Assembly: GCA_965203805.1 (NCBI GenBank)
Contig: OZ241917.1
Coordinates: 4,800,001 to 4,864,000, forward strand
Direction: 5' to 3'
Origin: Candidatus Latescibacterota bacterium
GTDB lineage: Bacteria; Latescibacterota; UBA2968; GCA-2709665
Length of the DNA: 64,000 nt
The notes beneath the pieces were generated by a model. The model saw only the letters and a program-made list of their open reading frames with translations, was not told the DNA's origin and ran no database searches. The position numbers and the translations under genes are program-made. This document shows positions 39,931-48,310 of the stretch, piece after piece. Position 1 is the stretch's first letter. Every line of letters starts with the position of its first letter.

Positions 39931-41004
39931 TCAAGCGCGGCAATCTCCCACCGTCACAACCCTTCCCGTTTCCGCGGAGGCGTAGATCGCTTCCACCACC
40001 TCAACGGCGCGAAGTCCGTCCATGCCGGATATCCCGGGAGGTTTCCCGTCCAGAATCGCGTTGACCGTCGCGCTCAGATAGACCCGGCCCGAAACGCCGC
40101 CGTATCCCTCTACCGTCCCCGAGGCGATTCTCAACGTCGTCACCGGGCCATCCGGGAAATCGGGGTGGTCGCTCACCACGAAGACTTCGTCCGCCGTACC
40201 TCCCCAGGCCGGACTCCATGAAACCGTACCCAGGGTGCCTCGAAGGCCGATGAAGAGATCCCTGCCGGCGGGATAGGCCTTCGGTGCGGAATAACTGATG
40301 TCCAGCGTGGCTGTCGCGCCGCGATTGAATCTCACGATTCCGAAACTGTTGTCTTCAATGTCCAGGTGGTGCTGCTGATGGCTCACCATGCCGGTCGCCT
40401 GTCCGACCTCGTCCTGCAGGAACCATCTGAACAGATCGATCCAATGGGTTCCCAGGTTGTGCATCGGACCGCCCCCCGCGATCGCCCGTTGATTCAGCCA
40501 GGGTGAAATGCCATCATCCAGGTACCGAAGGGGGGAGCCCGCCGCGCAACGCCCCTCGAGCGCGACAATCTGTCCCAGCAAGCCGCTGTCCACGAGTTCC
40601 TTGATCTTTCTGGATGCCGGATGCGCGCGCCAGCAGTAGGGCGAAGTCAGCGCCACACCCGCCGCTTCCGTGGCCGCGATCATGCGCCGGATGCCCCCGG
40701 AAGTATCGGCCATCGGCTTCTCGACAATCACGTGCTTGCCGGCCTCCGCGGCCCGTTCCACCGCGTCTGGGCACTCGGCGTGCGGCAGCAGGATCACCGC
40801 GAGACCGATATCCTCCCGCGCGAGAAGCGCGTTGTAATCCTCGTACCCTTCGATCCCGGTCTGACCGCACACCCGCCTCAGATACACCGGATCCGCCTCC
40901 GCGACGGCCCGCACGTCCGTCCGGTCGATGGCGTCAAAATGCGGAAGATAGTCCATGGAATGAAGATGGTGAAATCCGATGATCCCGACGCCGAGCCTCT
41001 CCAT
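39931..41004 (-). CDS. Gfo/Idh/MocA oxidoreductase
   Basis: VGIIG, GKHVIVEKP, GGGPMHNLGTH and EDN motifs. Confidence 0.88.
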   Translation of the reverse strand: MERLGVGIIGFHHLHSMDYLPHFDAIDRTDVRAVAEADPVYLRRVCGQTGIEGYEDYNALLAREDIGLAVILLPHAECPDAVERAAEAGKHVIVEKPMADTSGGIRRMIAATEAAGVALTSPYCWRAHPASRKIKELVDSGLLGQIVALEGRCAAGSPLRYLDDGISPWLNQRAIAGGGPMHNLGTHWIDLFRWFLQDEVGQATGMVSHQQHHLDIEDNSFGIVRFNRGATATLDISYSAPKAYPAGRDLFIGLRGTLGTVSWSPAWGGTADEVFVVSDHPDFPDGPVTTLRIASGTVEGYGGVSGRVYLSATVNAILDGKPPGISGMDGLRAVEVVEAIYASAETGRVVTVGDCRA

Positions 41005-41068
41005 CGAATTGCATTCTCCTTTTCTGCCGGCCGCGGCTTTTCCACTCGCGACTCCCGGCGATAAACGT

Positions 41069-42370
41069 TCAGCCACACCAATCCACGATGGCGCGCGCGA
41101 GTACTTCGGCCCCGTCAGCCAGGCTTTGAACGGGGATCTGCTCCTGGCTGGAGTGGGCTACGCCCAGCGTTCCCGCGCCGATCACCACGGCGGGTACGCC
41201 AATCAGATTCGTGTAGAACCACGCATCGCACGACGCGGGCATCGCCCCCACCTCCGCGGCCTGTCCGCTGGCGAGGCAGGCCCGTTCCAGCGTGCGTACG
41301 ATGGGGTGATCGACAGGGACTTCGTTGCAATCGTGCCGGTACATGAACTCCATATCGAAATGGTCCGGGAGCCAGTCGCCTCCCTCGGCCTTCAACACCT
41401 CCTCCATCTCGCGCATCACCTCTTCTTTGGTGCGCGTGGGAAGGAATCCGAGAACGCCCTTGAACGTCGCCTTTCTCGGCGCCATTGCCGGCCAGTCCCC
41501 CGCCTCCAGCGTGCCAAACGTTATGGGCATGGGGTTGTCGTACGCGTCGTAGAGCGGGTGCCCCCGGGATTCCGCCAACAATCTGCCGTGATATCCCTCC
41601 AGAATTTCAATTGCCCGCATGGCTTCCTTCAGTGCGCTTACCGTACGCCCTGCCTGACCGCTGTGACCGGCCCGCCCGTAGACGTTTACCGTGAACCATA
41701 CGGCGCCGCGAATGGAAGGAAGGATCTTCAGTTCGGACGGCTCCAGCACCAGCGCCGCATCGGCGCGGTCGTCCCCTCGCACAAAAGCCAGCGTTCCGTT
41801 GCCGCCGCATTCCTCCTCGATTACCAGGTGACCGATCAGATCCCCCTTGAGCTCGATTCCCATCTCCTTGATCGCGGCGAGCGCCAGATAGAGCATGGCG
41901 GCCTGACCCTTGCAGTCGCACGCGCCCCGGCCGAAAACGACGCCGTTTTCAACGCGCCCGTCGAACGGCCGGTCCTGGCCCGACGATGCCGGCACGACGT
42001 CCAGGTGGGTATTCACGATCAACGACCGCCCCCCGCCGGTTCCATTTCTGACCACCCTCAGGTTCGGGCGATCCGCGTAGGTGATATCCGGCAGCCGGAA
42101 CGAATAGTCGGGGTCCTCCTGAATGGCGTCCGCAACCGGTACCAGCTCGCGTTCGTCCACCACCGCGTGCATTCGCGCGTGCAGCAGGCGCATCGCCTGT
42201 CCTTCGTCTCCGCGCACGGACGGAATGCGGATCAGATCGCGGAGCAGTCCGACGGCGTCTTCCCTGTGAGTCTCGATTGCCGCTCTCAATTGCCGATTAT
42301 CCAAGACCGCACTCCCCGGATCCGGCGCGCGCCTTCGCCCACTCCGGATCCTCAGTTGCAGGGACGGCAT
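41069..42370 (-). CDS. M20 family metallo-amidohydrolase (ArgE/DapE-like); true start probably near 42305
   Basis: NTHLDVVP, GRGACDCKG, IEEECGG and AHS..E motifs. Confidence 0.88.
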   Translation of the reverse strand: MPSLQLRIRSGRRRAPDPGSAVLDNRQLRAAIETHREDAVGLLRDLIRIPSVRGDEGQAMRLLHARMHAVVDERELVPVADAIQEDPDYSFRLPDITYADRPNLRVVRNGTGGGRSLIVNTHLDVVPASSGQDRPFDGRVENGVVFGRGACDCKGQAAMLYLALAAIKEMGIELKGDLIGHLVIEEECGGNGTLAFVRGDDRADAALVLEPSELKILPSIRGAVWFTVNVYGRAGHSGQAGRTVSALKEAMRAIEILEGYHGRLLAESRGHPLYDAYDNPMPITFGTLEAGDWPAMAPRKATFKGVLGFLPTRTKEEVMREMEEVLKAEGGDWLPDHFDMEFMYRHDCNEVPVDHPIVRTLERACLASGQAAEVGAMPASCDAWFYTNLIGVPAVVIGAGTLGVAHSSQEQIPVQSLADGAEVLARAIVDWCG

Positions 42371-42406
42371 GACCGGTCGTCCCGTTTCCGACAGGGTTCC
42401 GCCGGG

Positions 42407-43744
42407 TCACCCGGCGACTTCCTCCAGCGCACGGTCGAGGATGTCGATGCCCATCTCCGCCTCGCTTTCCGTAATCACCAGCGGCGGCGCGATCCGTACG
42501 ACATTTCCGTATAACCCGACCTTGCCGAGCAGAAGGCCGTGCGCTCCCGCCGTGAGCAGCACGTCGGACGTCAGGTCCGGCGCGGGCGTCTTCTCCTCTG
42601 GTTCCAGTACGAACTCCAGCCCGATCACGAGCCCCTGCCCGCGCACGTCGCCCAGAACCTCGTATTTCGTCATCAGTTCCCTGAGTCGCGCCATCATGTA
42701 GTCGCCCACGCGTTGCGCGTTTTCCGGCAGCATCTCCTCTTCCATCACGTCCAGGACAGCGTGGGACGCAGCGCTGGCCAGCGGATTGCCGCCGCAGGTG
42801 CTGGACATCTCACCGACCCCCATGCACTCGAAAATCGCGCTCTCGCCGGCAAGCGCGGACGCCGGCATTCCGCTGCCGATGCCCTTGCCGAGACAGACCA
42901 TATTCGGCCGCAGGTCCTCCCACTCCAGCGCAAACAGCTTTCCGGTGCGCCCGAACGACGATTGCACCTCATCCAGAATGAAGACCATCTCCCGCTCACG
43001 CGCCCACGCTTCCAGCCCCTTCAGCCACCCGGCCGGCGGAAAAATGAAACCCGCGCCGCCTTGATAGGGCTCTGTGATGACGGCGCCAACGTCGCCCGTG
43101 GACGTGGAATCGATGATGCGGTCCAGGTTTTCCAGGCAGCGTTGCGCGCACTCCTCTTCCGTTTCGCTATTGTAAAAATCCCGATAAAAGTAGGGAAACG
43201 GCGCCAGTATTCCACCCGGGAGTTGCGGGCCGAACGCGCGCTTCGTCTTCATATTTCCGGCCACGCTCATCGGTCCGTACGTGCGTCCGTGAAATCCCCC
43301 GTAGAACGAAAGCACCTCGTGCTTGCCCGTGAACCGTTTTGCGATGCGGATCGCCGCCTCCGTCGCTTCGGCTCCCGTTGTAAGCAGGAAGGTCTGATCG
43401 ATGTTCTCGGGCAACAGATCGGTCAGTCGTTTCGACAGCGTGACGCGTTCCGGCGTCGGAAACGAATAGCAGTTCATCAGTCTCCCGGCCTGTTCCCGTA
43501 TGCTCTCCACGTGGCGAGGGTGGGAATGCCCCAGATTGGTGACCAGCACGCCGGAGGTGAAGTCGAGAAACCGGTTGCCGTCCACGTCCCACACCCAGAC
43601 GCCCTCGCCGTGGTCCCATACCACCGGCACCTGATCGGCCATGCACGGCGGCTCGTATTCCCTGGAGACGTCGAGCAATTCGGCGGACCGGGGTCCCGGA
43701 ATTTTCCGCTTCTCCAATGTGATCGCGTTCGCCACCTGCGCCAT
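42407..43744 (-). CDS. Class III PLP aminotransferase (GabT/ArgD-like)
   Basis: TGAEATE, FHGRT, EPYQG, DEVQS.FGRTG and LGKGIG motifs. Confidence 0.92.
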   Translation of the reverse strand: MAQVANAITLEKRKIPGPRSAELLDVSREYEPPCMADQVPVVWDHGEGVWVWDVDGNRFLDFTSGVLVTNLGHSHPRHVESIREQAGRLMNCYSFPTPERVTLSKRLTDLLPENIDQTFLLTTGAEATEAAIRIAKRFTGKHEVLSFYGGFHGRTYGPMSVAGNMKTKRAFGPQLPGGILAPFPYFYRDFYNSETEEECAQRCLENLDRIIDSTSTGDVGAVITEPYQGGAGFIFPPAGWLKGLEAWAREREMVFILDEVQSSFGRTGKLFALEWEDLRPNMVCLGKGIGSGMPASALAGESAIFECMGVGEMSSTCGGNPLASAASHAVLDVMEEEMLPENAQRVGDYMMARLRELMTKYEVLGDVRGQGLVIGLEFVLEPEEKTPAPDLTSDVLLTAGAHGLLLGKVGLYGNVVRIAPPLVITESEAEMGIDILDRALEEVAG

Positions 43745-43779
43745 ATCAGATCTCCCGACAGGTTGATGCGCCCGTAAGC

Positions 43780-44769
43780 TTATGCCAGTTCCTTGTTGAT
43801 CAGAAACCGCGGCGGACGCCCGTCGATAAACCGCACAAAGTCCTCCATCACCTTCTCACGCATGCTCCAGTTCGCCTCTTCGGAATACCACGCCAGATGC
43901 GGCGCAAGGAGCGCACTCTCCAGGTTGAACAGGTCCATTTCCGGATCGGGCGGTTCCTGCTCGTACACATCGATGGCGGCGCCCGCGATCCAGCCCTCCC
44001 TCAGCGCACGGGCAAGCGCGTCCGCGTCCACCAGACCTCCCCTGGCGGTATTCACCAGATAGGCGTGGGACTTCATCGCCCGAAGTTCCCTTTCGCCGAT
44101 GAGATGATACGAATCTTCGTCGAGCGACGCGTGAACCGTGACCATATCCGCTTCTCTGAGCACCGTGTCGAGGTCCACGACCTGCACACCCAGTTCCTTC
44201 CGGCGTTCTGCGGAAAGATACGGATCGCAGACCAGGACGTTCACGTCGAACCCCGCCAGTTTACGCAGCGTGAGGCTCCCGATACGCCCGCATCCGATAA
44301 TGCCGACGGTCTTTCCCTTGACGGAATAGACGGGATATACCTCGGTAAAGTCCCATATCCCGTTTCGGCTCGACGCCTCCAGAATTCTCCGACCCACATT
44401 CAGCTTCCGCCAGCCCGACAGCATCAGCGTGATGGCGTGTTCGGCCACCTCGTCCGAACAGTAGTCCGGCTCGTAGGCGACCCGGATTCCTTTTCTCGTC
44501 GCCGCGCTCACGTCCACGTTGTCGTATCCGACGCCGTGCCTCAGGATCAGCCTGCACCGTTCCAGTTGATCGATCACGCTCGCGGTCATCTTTACCATAT
44601 TTACCAGAATCATATCCGCGTCGACGATCTTTTCGACGAGATCGGGCTCGGACCTGAACTTCAGCTGATGATATTCGAAGGTGACATGCCCGTATTTGCC
44701 GAGTTCTTCCTCTTCCCATTTCAGATCGGGCTCGATATAGTCGGTAACCACAATCTTGATCGGCTCCAT
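43780..44769 (-). CDS. D-2-hydroxyacid dehydrogenase
   Basis: GVGYDNVD, GCGRIG, NTARG, DVYEQEP and PHLAW motifs. Confidence 0.92.
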   Translation of the reverse strand: MEPIKIVVTDYIEPDLKWEEEELGKYGHVTFEYHQLKFRSEPDLVEKIVDADMILVNMVKMTASVIDQLERCRLILRHGVGYDNVDVSAATRKGIRVAYEPDYCSDEVAEHAITLMLSGWRKLNVGRRILEASSRNGIWDFTEVYPVYSVKGKTVGIIGCGRIGSLTLRKLAGFDVNVLVCDPYLSAERRKELGVQVVDLDTVLREADMVTVHASLDEDSYHLIGERELRAMKSHAYLVNTARGGLVDADALARALREGWIAGAAIDVYEQEPPDPEMDLFNLESALLAPHLAWYSEEANWSMREKVMEDFVRFIDGRPPRFLINKELA

Positions 44770-44788
44770 AGAACACTCCTGAGAATAG

Positions 44789-44903
44789 CAGTCCGTTGAA
44801 AAAGTCGCTCCGCAGGCGAGACCGAGTCATTGTGGCCGAAAACAACGCCGTTACTCGGTCACAAGGGCCGGACGCAGCCCGGATGGACTTTATCAACGGG
44901 CTG
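44789..44903. mobile_element. 115-bp MITE with 18-bp imperfect TIRs and ATAG target-site duplication
   Basis: CAGTCCGTTGAAAAAGTC ... GACTTTATCAACGGGCTG (16/18 complementary); ATAG at 44785-44788 and 44904-44907. Confidence 0.85.
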
Positions 44904-44917
44904 ATAGAGACGCGGGT

Positions 44918-45961
44918 TCACCCGCCAAAAGGCAGCGCCACGGGATTGCCCGTCCTCGCCGATTCGTAGATCGCCAGGATAATCTCGATCGCCCGCTTCG
45001 ATTCCGGTCCATCGATTTCCGGCTCGCCGCCTTCATTCAGAATACGAACCATCTCCGCTATCTGCGCCTTGTGCCCCTCCGTGCCGAACGTCCTGGAATC
45101 CGATGCCGCCCTGGCGACGTCGGTCGTGTCCGCCGCGGCCTCCTCCACACTTTCGCCCGCCACGTCCCACCTGGTTATCTGGTCCGCTTCCACTACTATC
45201 GTACCCCGATCGCCGGAGAACTCCATGCGGGCGGGCAACCCGGGATACGCCGCTGACGACGCTTCGATCACACCCAGCGCTCCGTTCTCGTATTCCAGTG
45301 TGGCAACCACGGTGTCCTCCACTTCGATATCGTGGATTAACGTGCCCATCCTGGCGTAGACGCGCTTGACCGGTCCCATGATCCACTGGATCAGGTCCAC
45401 CGTGTGGCTGCCCTGCGTCATCAGCGCCCCGCCGCCCTCCATCGCCCAGTCGCCCCGCCAATCGTCCGCATCGTAGTAGGCCTGTGGCCGAAACCACTTG
45501 ATATAGGCGTCGGCCAGAACCATCCTGCCGAGTGCGCCGGATTGAACCGCGGTTCGCACCCGGTTGACGGCCTCCCCGTACCGCAATTGGAATACCCCCA
45601 TGAGTTTCACCCCTGCGTCTCCGGCCGCACTGATAATGCGATCCATATTCTGAATCGACACATCGAGGGGCTTTTCCACGATCAGGTGCTTTCCCGCCGC
45701 CGCTGCATCCGTGACGATTGGAATGCGGACGCCGCTGGGCGTGCAAATACAGACCACATCCACTTCCGGCCGGCGGAAAACGGCTTCGTGGTCGGTAAAC
45801 CAGGGGACGCCGTGCGCTTCTCCGGCGGACCGGGCGCGCGATTCGCTGCGGCTGTACACCGCGACAAGCTCCGCCCCTTCGGTATCCTGCACGGCGCCAA
45901 TGTGATAATCCGCCACCACACCGCATCCGATCATTGCAAAACCGACGGTCCGATCACCCAT
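44918..45961 (-). CDS. Gfo/Idh/MocA oxidoreductase
   Basis: GCGVVA, CTPSG, VEKP and GGGALMTQGSH motifs. Confidence 0.9.
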   Translation of the reverse strand: MGDRTVGFAMIGCGVVADYHIGAVQDTEGAELVAVYSRSESRARSAGEAHGVPWFTDHEAVFRRPEVDVVCICTPSGVRIPIVTDAAAAGKHLIVEKPLDVSIQNMDRIISAAGDAGVKLMGVFQLRYGEAVNRVRTAVQSGALGRMVLADAYIKWFRPQAYYDADDWRGDWAMEGGGALMTQGSHTVDLIQWIMGPVKRVYARMGTLIHDIEVEDTVVATLEYENGALGVIEASSAAYPGLPARMEFSGDRGTIVVEADQITRWDVAGESVEEAAADTTDVARAASDSRTFGTEGHKAQIAEMVRILNEGGEPEIDGPESKRAIEIILAIYESARTGNPVALPFGG

Positions 45962-46188
45962 AGACGAATCCTCCCGGACAATACCTTCAACATGTATGGA
46001 AATACCCGAATTGACGGCGCGTGTCCGGCGGCGCTGCGCCACATCCGGTGCTTCGGGGCTTGCCCGAAGGCCGCGTGCGGTGTATCTTTTTCGGGCCTTG
46101 CGACCGTCACGCCCGCGGGCTTCTGCGACTCCCGGTTTCCTGACGCTGCGTTGCGAAAGACGCCTTCACCTGCGGAGGACATGACCAG

Positions 46189-47016
46189 ATGGAATACGTG
46201 CATCCCGAACTTCTGGACGGCAAAGTCGCGTGGGTCACGGCTTCCGCGCGAGGCCTGGGACGGGCGATTGCGGAACGTCTCGCCCGTTGCGGCGCTTCGT
46301 TGGTCGTCCACGCAAGGTCCGACCGGACGGCCGCCGAGTTCAACGAAGCCCCGTCGACGACGCACGTGGCCCGGGAAATCCGGAGAGCGGGCCACGCCGT
46401 GATCACCGTATTCGCGGACGTCTCGGACCCCGGACAGGTGCAGGCGGCGGTCGAACGCATCGAGAGCGAACTCGGCCCCATCGACATTCTGGTGAACAAT
46501 GCCGGCGGCGACATCGCGGCGGCGGGCGGAAAACCGAAGCCCAACGATACGCTCGACATCCCGCTGGAAGACGTGGAAGCCGTGTTCAAGAGGAATTTCG
46601 ACACAACCTTGCATTGCTGCCGCGCCGTTGTACCGGGCATGATTCAGCGCGGGGGAGGCAGAATCGTCAATATCGGCTCGGTGGACAGCTTCACCGGCGC
46701 GCCCGGCGGAGGCCCCGTGTACGCCACGGCCAAAGCGGCGCAAACCCATTATACCCGCTGCCTGGCCGCTCAGCTTCGGGAACACAACATCACCGTGAAC
46801 ATGGTTGCGCCGGGCGACTCCCCGAGCGGTCGCTTTATCGCCACGGGTCAGGCCGACCCGGAATATCTGAACGCAATGAACCGGCCCACGCTGATCCGAT
46901 ACGCGTATCCGGATGAGATCGCGCGGGCCGTGCAATTCTTCGTCTCACCGCTGGCAAGCTTCGTGAGCGGGCAGATCCTCCGCGTGGACGGCGGCGCGCA
47001 GCTCTCGCCGGCGTAG
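46189..47016 (+). CDS. SDR family oxidoreductase
   Basis: TASARGLG, LVNNAG, YATAK and SGQ.LRVDGG motifs. Confidence 0.9.
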   Translation: MEYVHPELLDGKVAWVTASARGLGRAIAERLARCGASLVVHARSDRTAAEFNEAPSTTHVAREIRRAGHAVITVFADVSDPGQVQAAVERIESELGPIDILVNNAGGDIAAAGGKPKPNDTLDIPLEDVEAVFKRNFDTTLHCCRAVVPGMIQRGGGRIVNIGSVDSFTGAPGGGPVYATAKAAQTHYTRCLAAQLREHNITVNMVAPGDSPSGRFIATGQADPEYLNAMNRPTLIRYAYPDEIARAVQFFVSPLASFVSGQILRVDGGAQLSPA

Positions 47017-47037
47017 TCCGCCTTGCGACCACGCCCG

Positions 47038-47634
47038 TCAGCGCCTGTCCAGTTCCGCCCGGTATTCCTCCGGCGTATCGATATCCCGCAACACCCCTCC
47101 ATCGTCCACCGCGACCTCGAGCGTGTCGTCCGGGTGCCCCCGCATGACGGGTTTCAGCCCGTCCTCCCCCGTTAGAGATCGGATTTCAGGGAAATAACGA
47201 CCCAGATCCACCAGGGCCGGATGTCCCCGTTTGCCCCGGTACACCGGAACGACGATCCCCTTATTTCCGTTCCGATACGCCGCCGCCACCTTCCTGACCA
47301 CGCGCTCTCGGATGTGCGGCTGGTCGCCCAGGGCGATTAACGCTGCATCGGCCGTTTCTTGCAGGGCGGAAAGCCCGCACATGATACTCGAAAACATCCC
47401 CTCACGGTAGTCGGGATTCGTTTGAAACAGGACGGGCCGCTCCCCCAGACTTGCACGTACGGCATCCGCCTTGTGGCCGAGCACCACCAGGATGTCGTCC
47501 AGTTCGGCCTCCAGCAGCGTATCGACCACGGCCTGAAGTACCGTCTTTCCGCCGAACGGCAACAACTGTTTGGGAGACCCCATGCGTGTCGACAACCCCG
47601 CGGCCGGCACGAGTGCGCATATACGTTTTGTCAT
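47038..47634 (-). CDS. Nucleotidyltransferase (MocA/YgfJ-like)
   Basis: AAG.STRMG.PKQLL, LGDQP, RGHP and DIDTPE motifs. Confidence 0.85.
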   Translation of the reverse strand: MTKRICALVPAAGLSTRMGSPKQLLPFGGKTVLQAVVDTLLEAELDDILVVLGHKADAVRASLGERPVLFQTNPDYREGMFSSIMCGLSALQETADAALIALGDQPHIRERVVRKVAAAYRNGNKGIVVPVYRGKRGHPALVDLGRYFPEIRSLTGEDGLKPVMRGHPDDTLEVAVDDGGVLRDIDTPEEYRAELDRR

Positions 47635-47888
47635 CTGGTTATCAAGTATAATAAAAAACCTGCGCGGAGACCACAACTTCTGACCGGCTGCGGGACAGGA
47701 CGGGCGCATCCTGCAGATCCGCATTTAAAACAACCACTTAATCGTCACCTTTCAAGGCAGGCCGCCGGGAGGCCGTTCCGGATCGCATTCCCGCGAATGC
47801 GATAACGCCGACGCGGCGCTCTTTCGTGCTTAATCATTCATAAAAATAATAAAAACAAATAATTAATTTGTCCATTTTACGCTTTGCC

Positions 47889-47916
47889 TTGACTTTTTTC
47901 CATTAAATAGTACATT
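47889..47916 (+). promoter_or_regulatory. Putative sigma70 promoter with AT-rich UP region
   Basis: TTGACT-N16-TACATT preceded by an A/T-rich tract at 47830-47880. Confidence 0.5.
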
Positions 47917-47983
47917 ACATCCTTTTGAAAGGAACAGGGGGTCGAATTCCGCACGTCCTCAGCCTCCGGAGAAGGCATTTCAG

Positions 47984-48229
47984 GTGCTCTGTGAAACGTG
48001 TGAAAAGCGTCCCGCCACACGGATCTCCACCCGGATAGTCAATGGCGGGAAACAGATCACGTATCGTTGCGAAGTCTGCGAATCGCTACCGGAAGCCGGG
48101 TCGCAACCTCGCCTGGAACGCCCGTGCGAACGTTGCAGGAAGAAAGAGGGCGTTGTCAAGCTTACCCGACTCGCCGAACGATATCGAACCGTAACCTATC
48201 TTTGTGAAACCTGCGCGGCCGGGCCGTGA
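47984..48229 (+). CDS. Small protein with four CxxC motifs, resembling a duplicated McsA N-terminal metal-binding module
   Basis: MLCETCEKRPAT...IVNG....YRCEVC and CERC...LT.......YLCETCA; GGAG RBS. Confidence 0.72.
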   Translation: MLCETCEKRPATRISTRIVNGGKQITYRCEVCESLPEAGSQPRLERPCERCRKKEGVVKLTRLAERYRTVTYLCETCAAGP

Positions 48230-48310
48230 TCTCCTGCCCCGGGAATATGTCACCGAGCTTCCCGTGATTCATCATCCCGCCGCCGCGCCGTTGAATAACC
48301 GGACAGCCGC

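Noticed and set aside
47830-47880. dif/Xer site in the AT-rich tract
   Set aside because: No match to the XerC/XerD 11-6-11 consensus; more likely a promoter UP element
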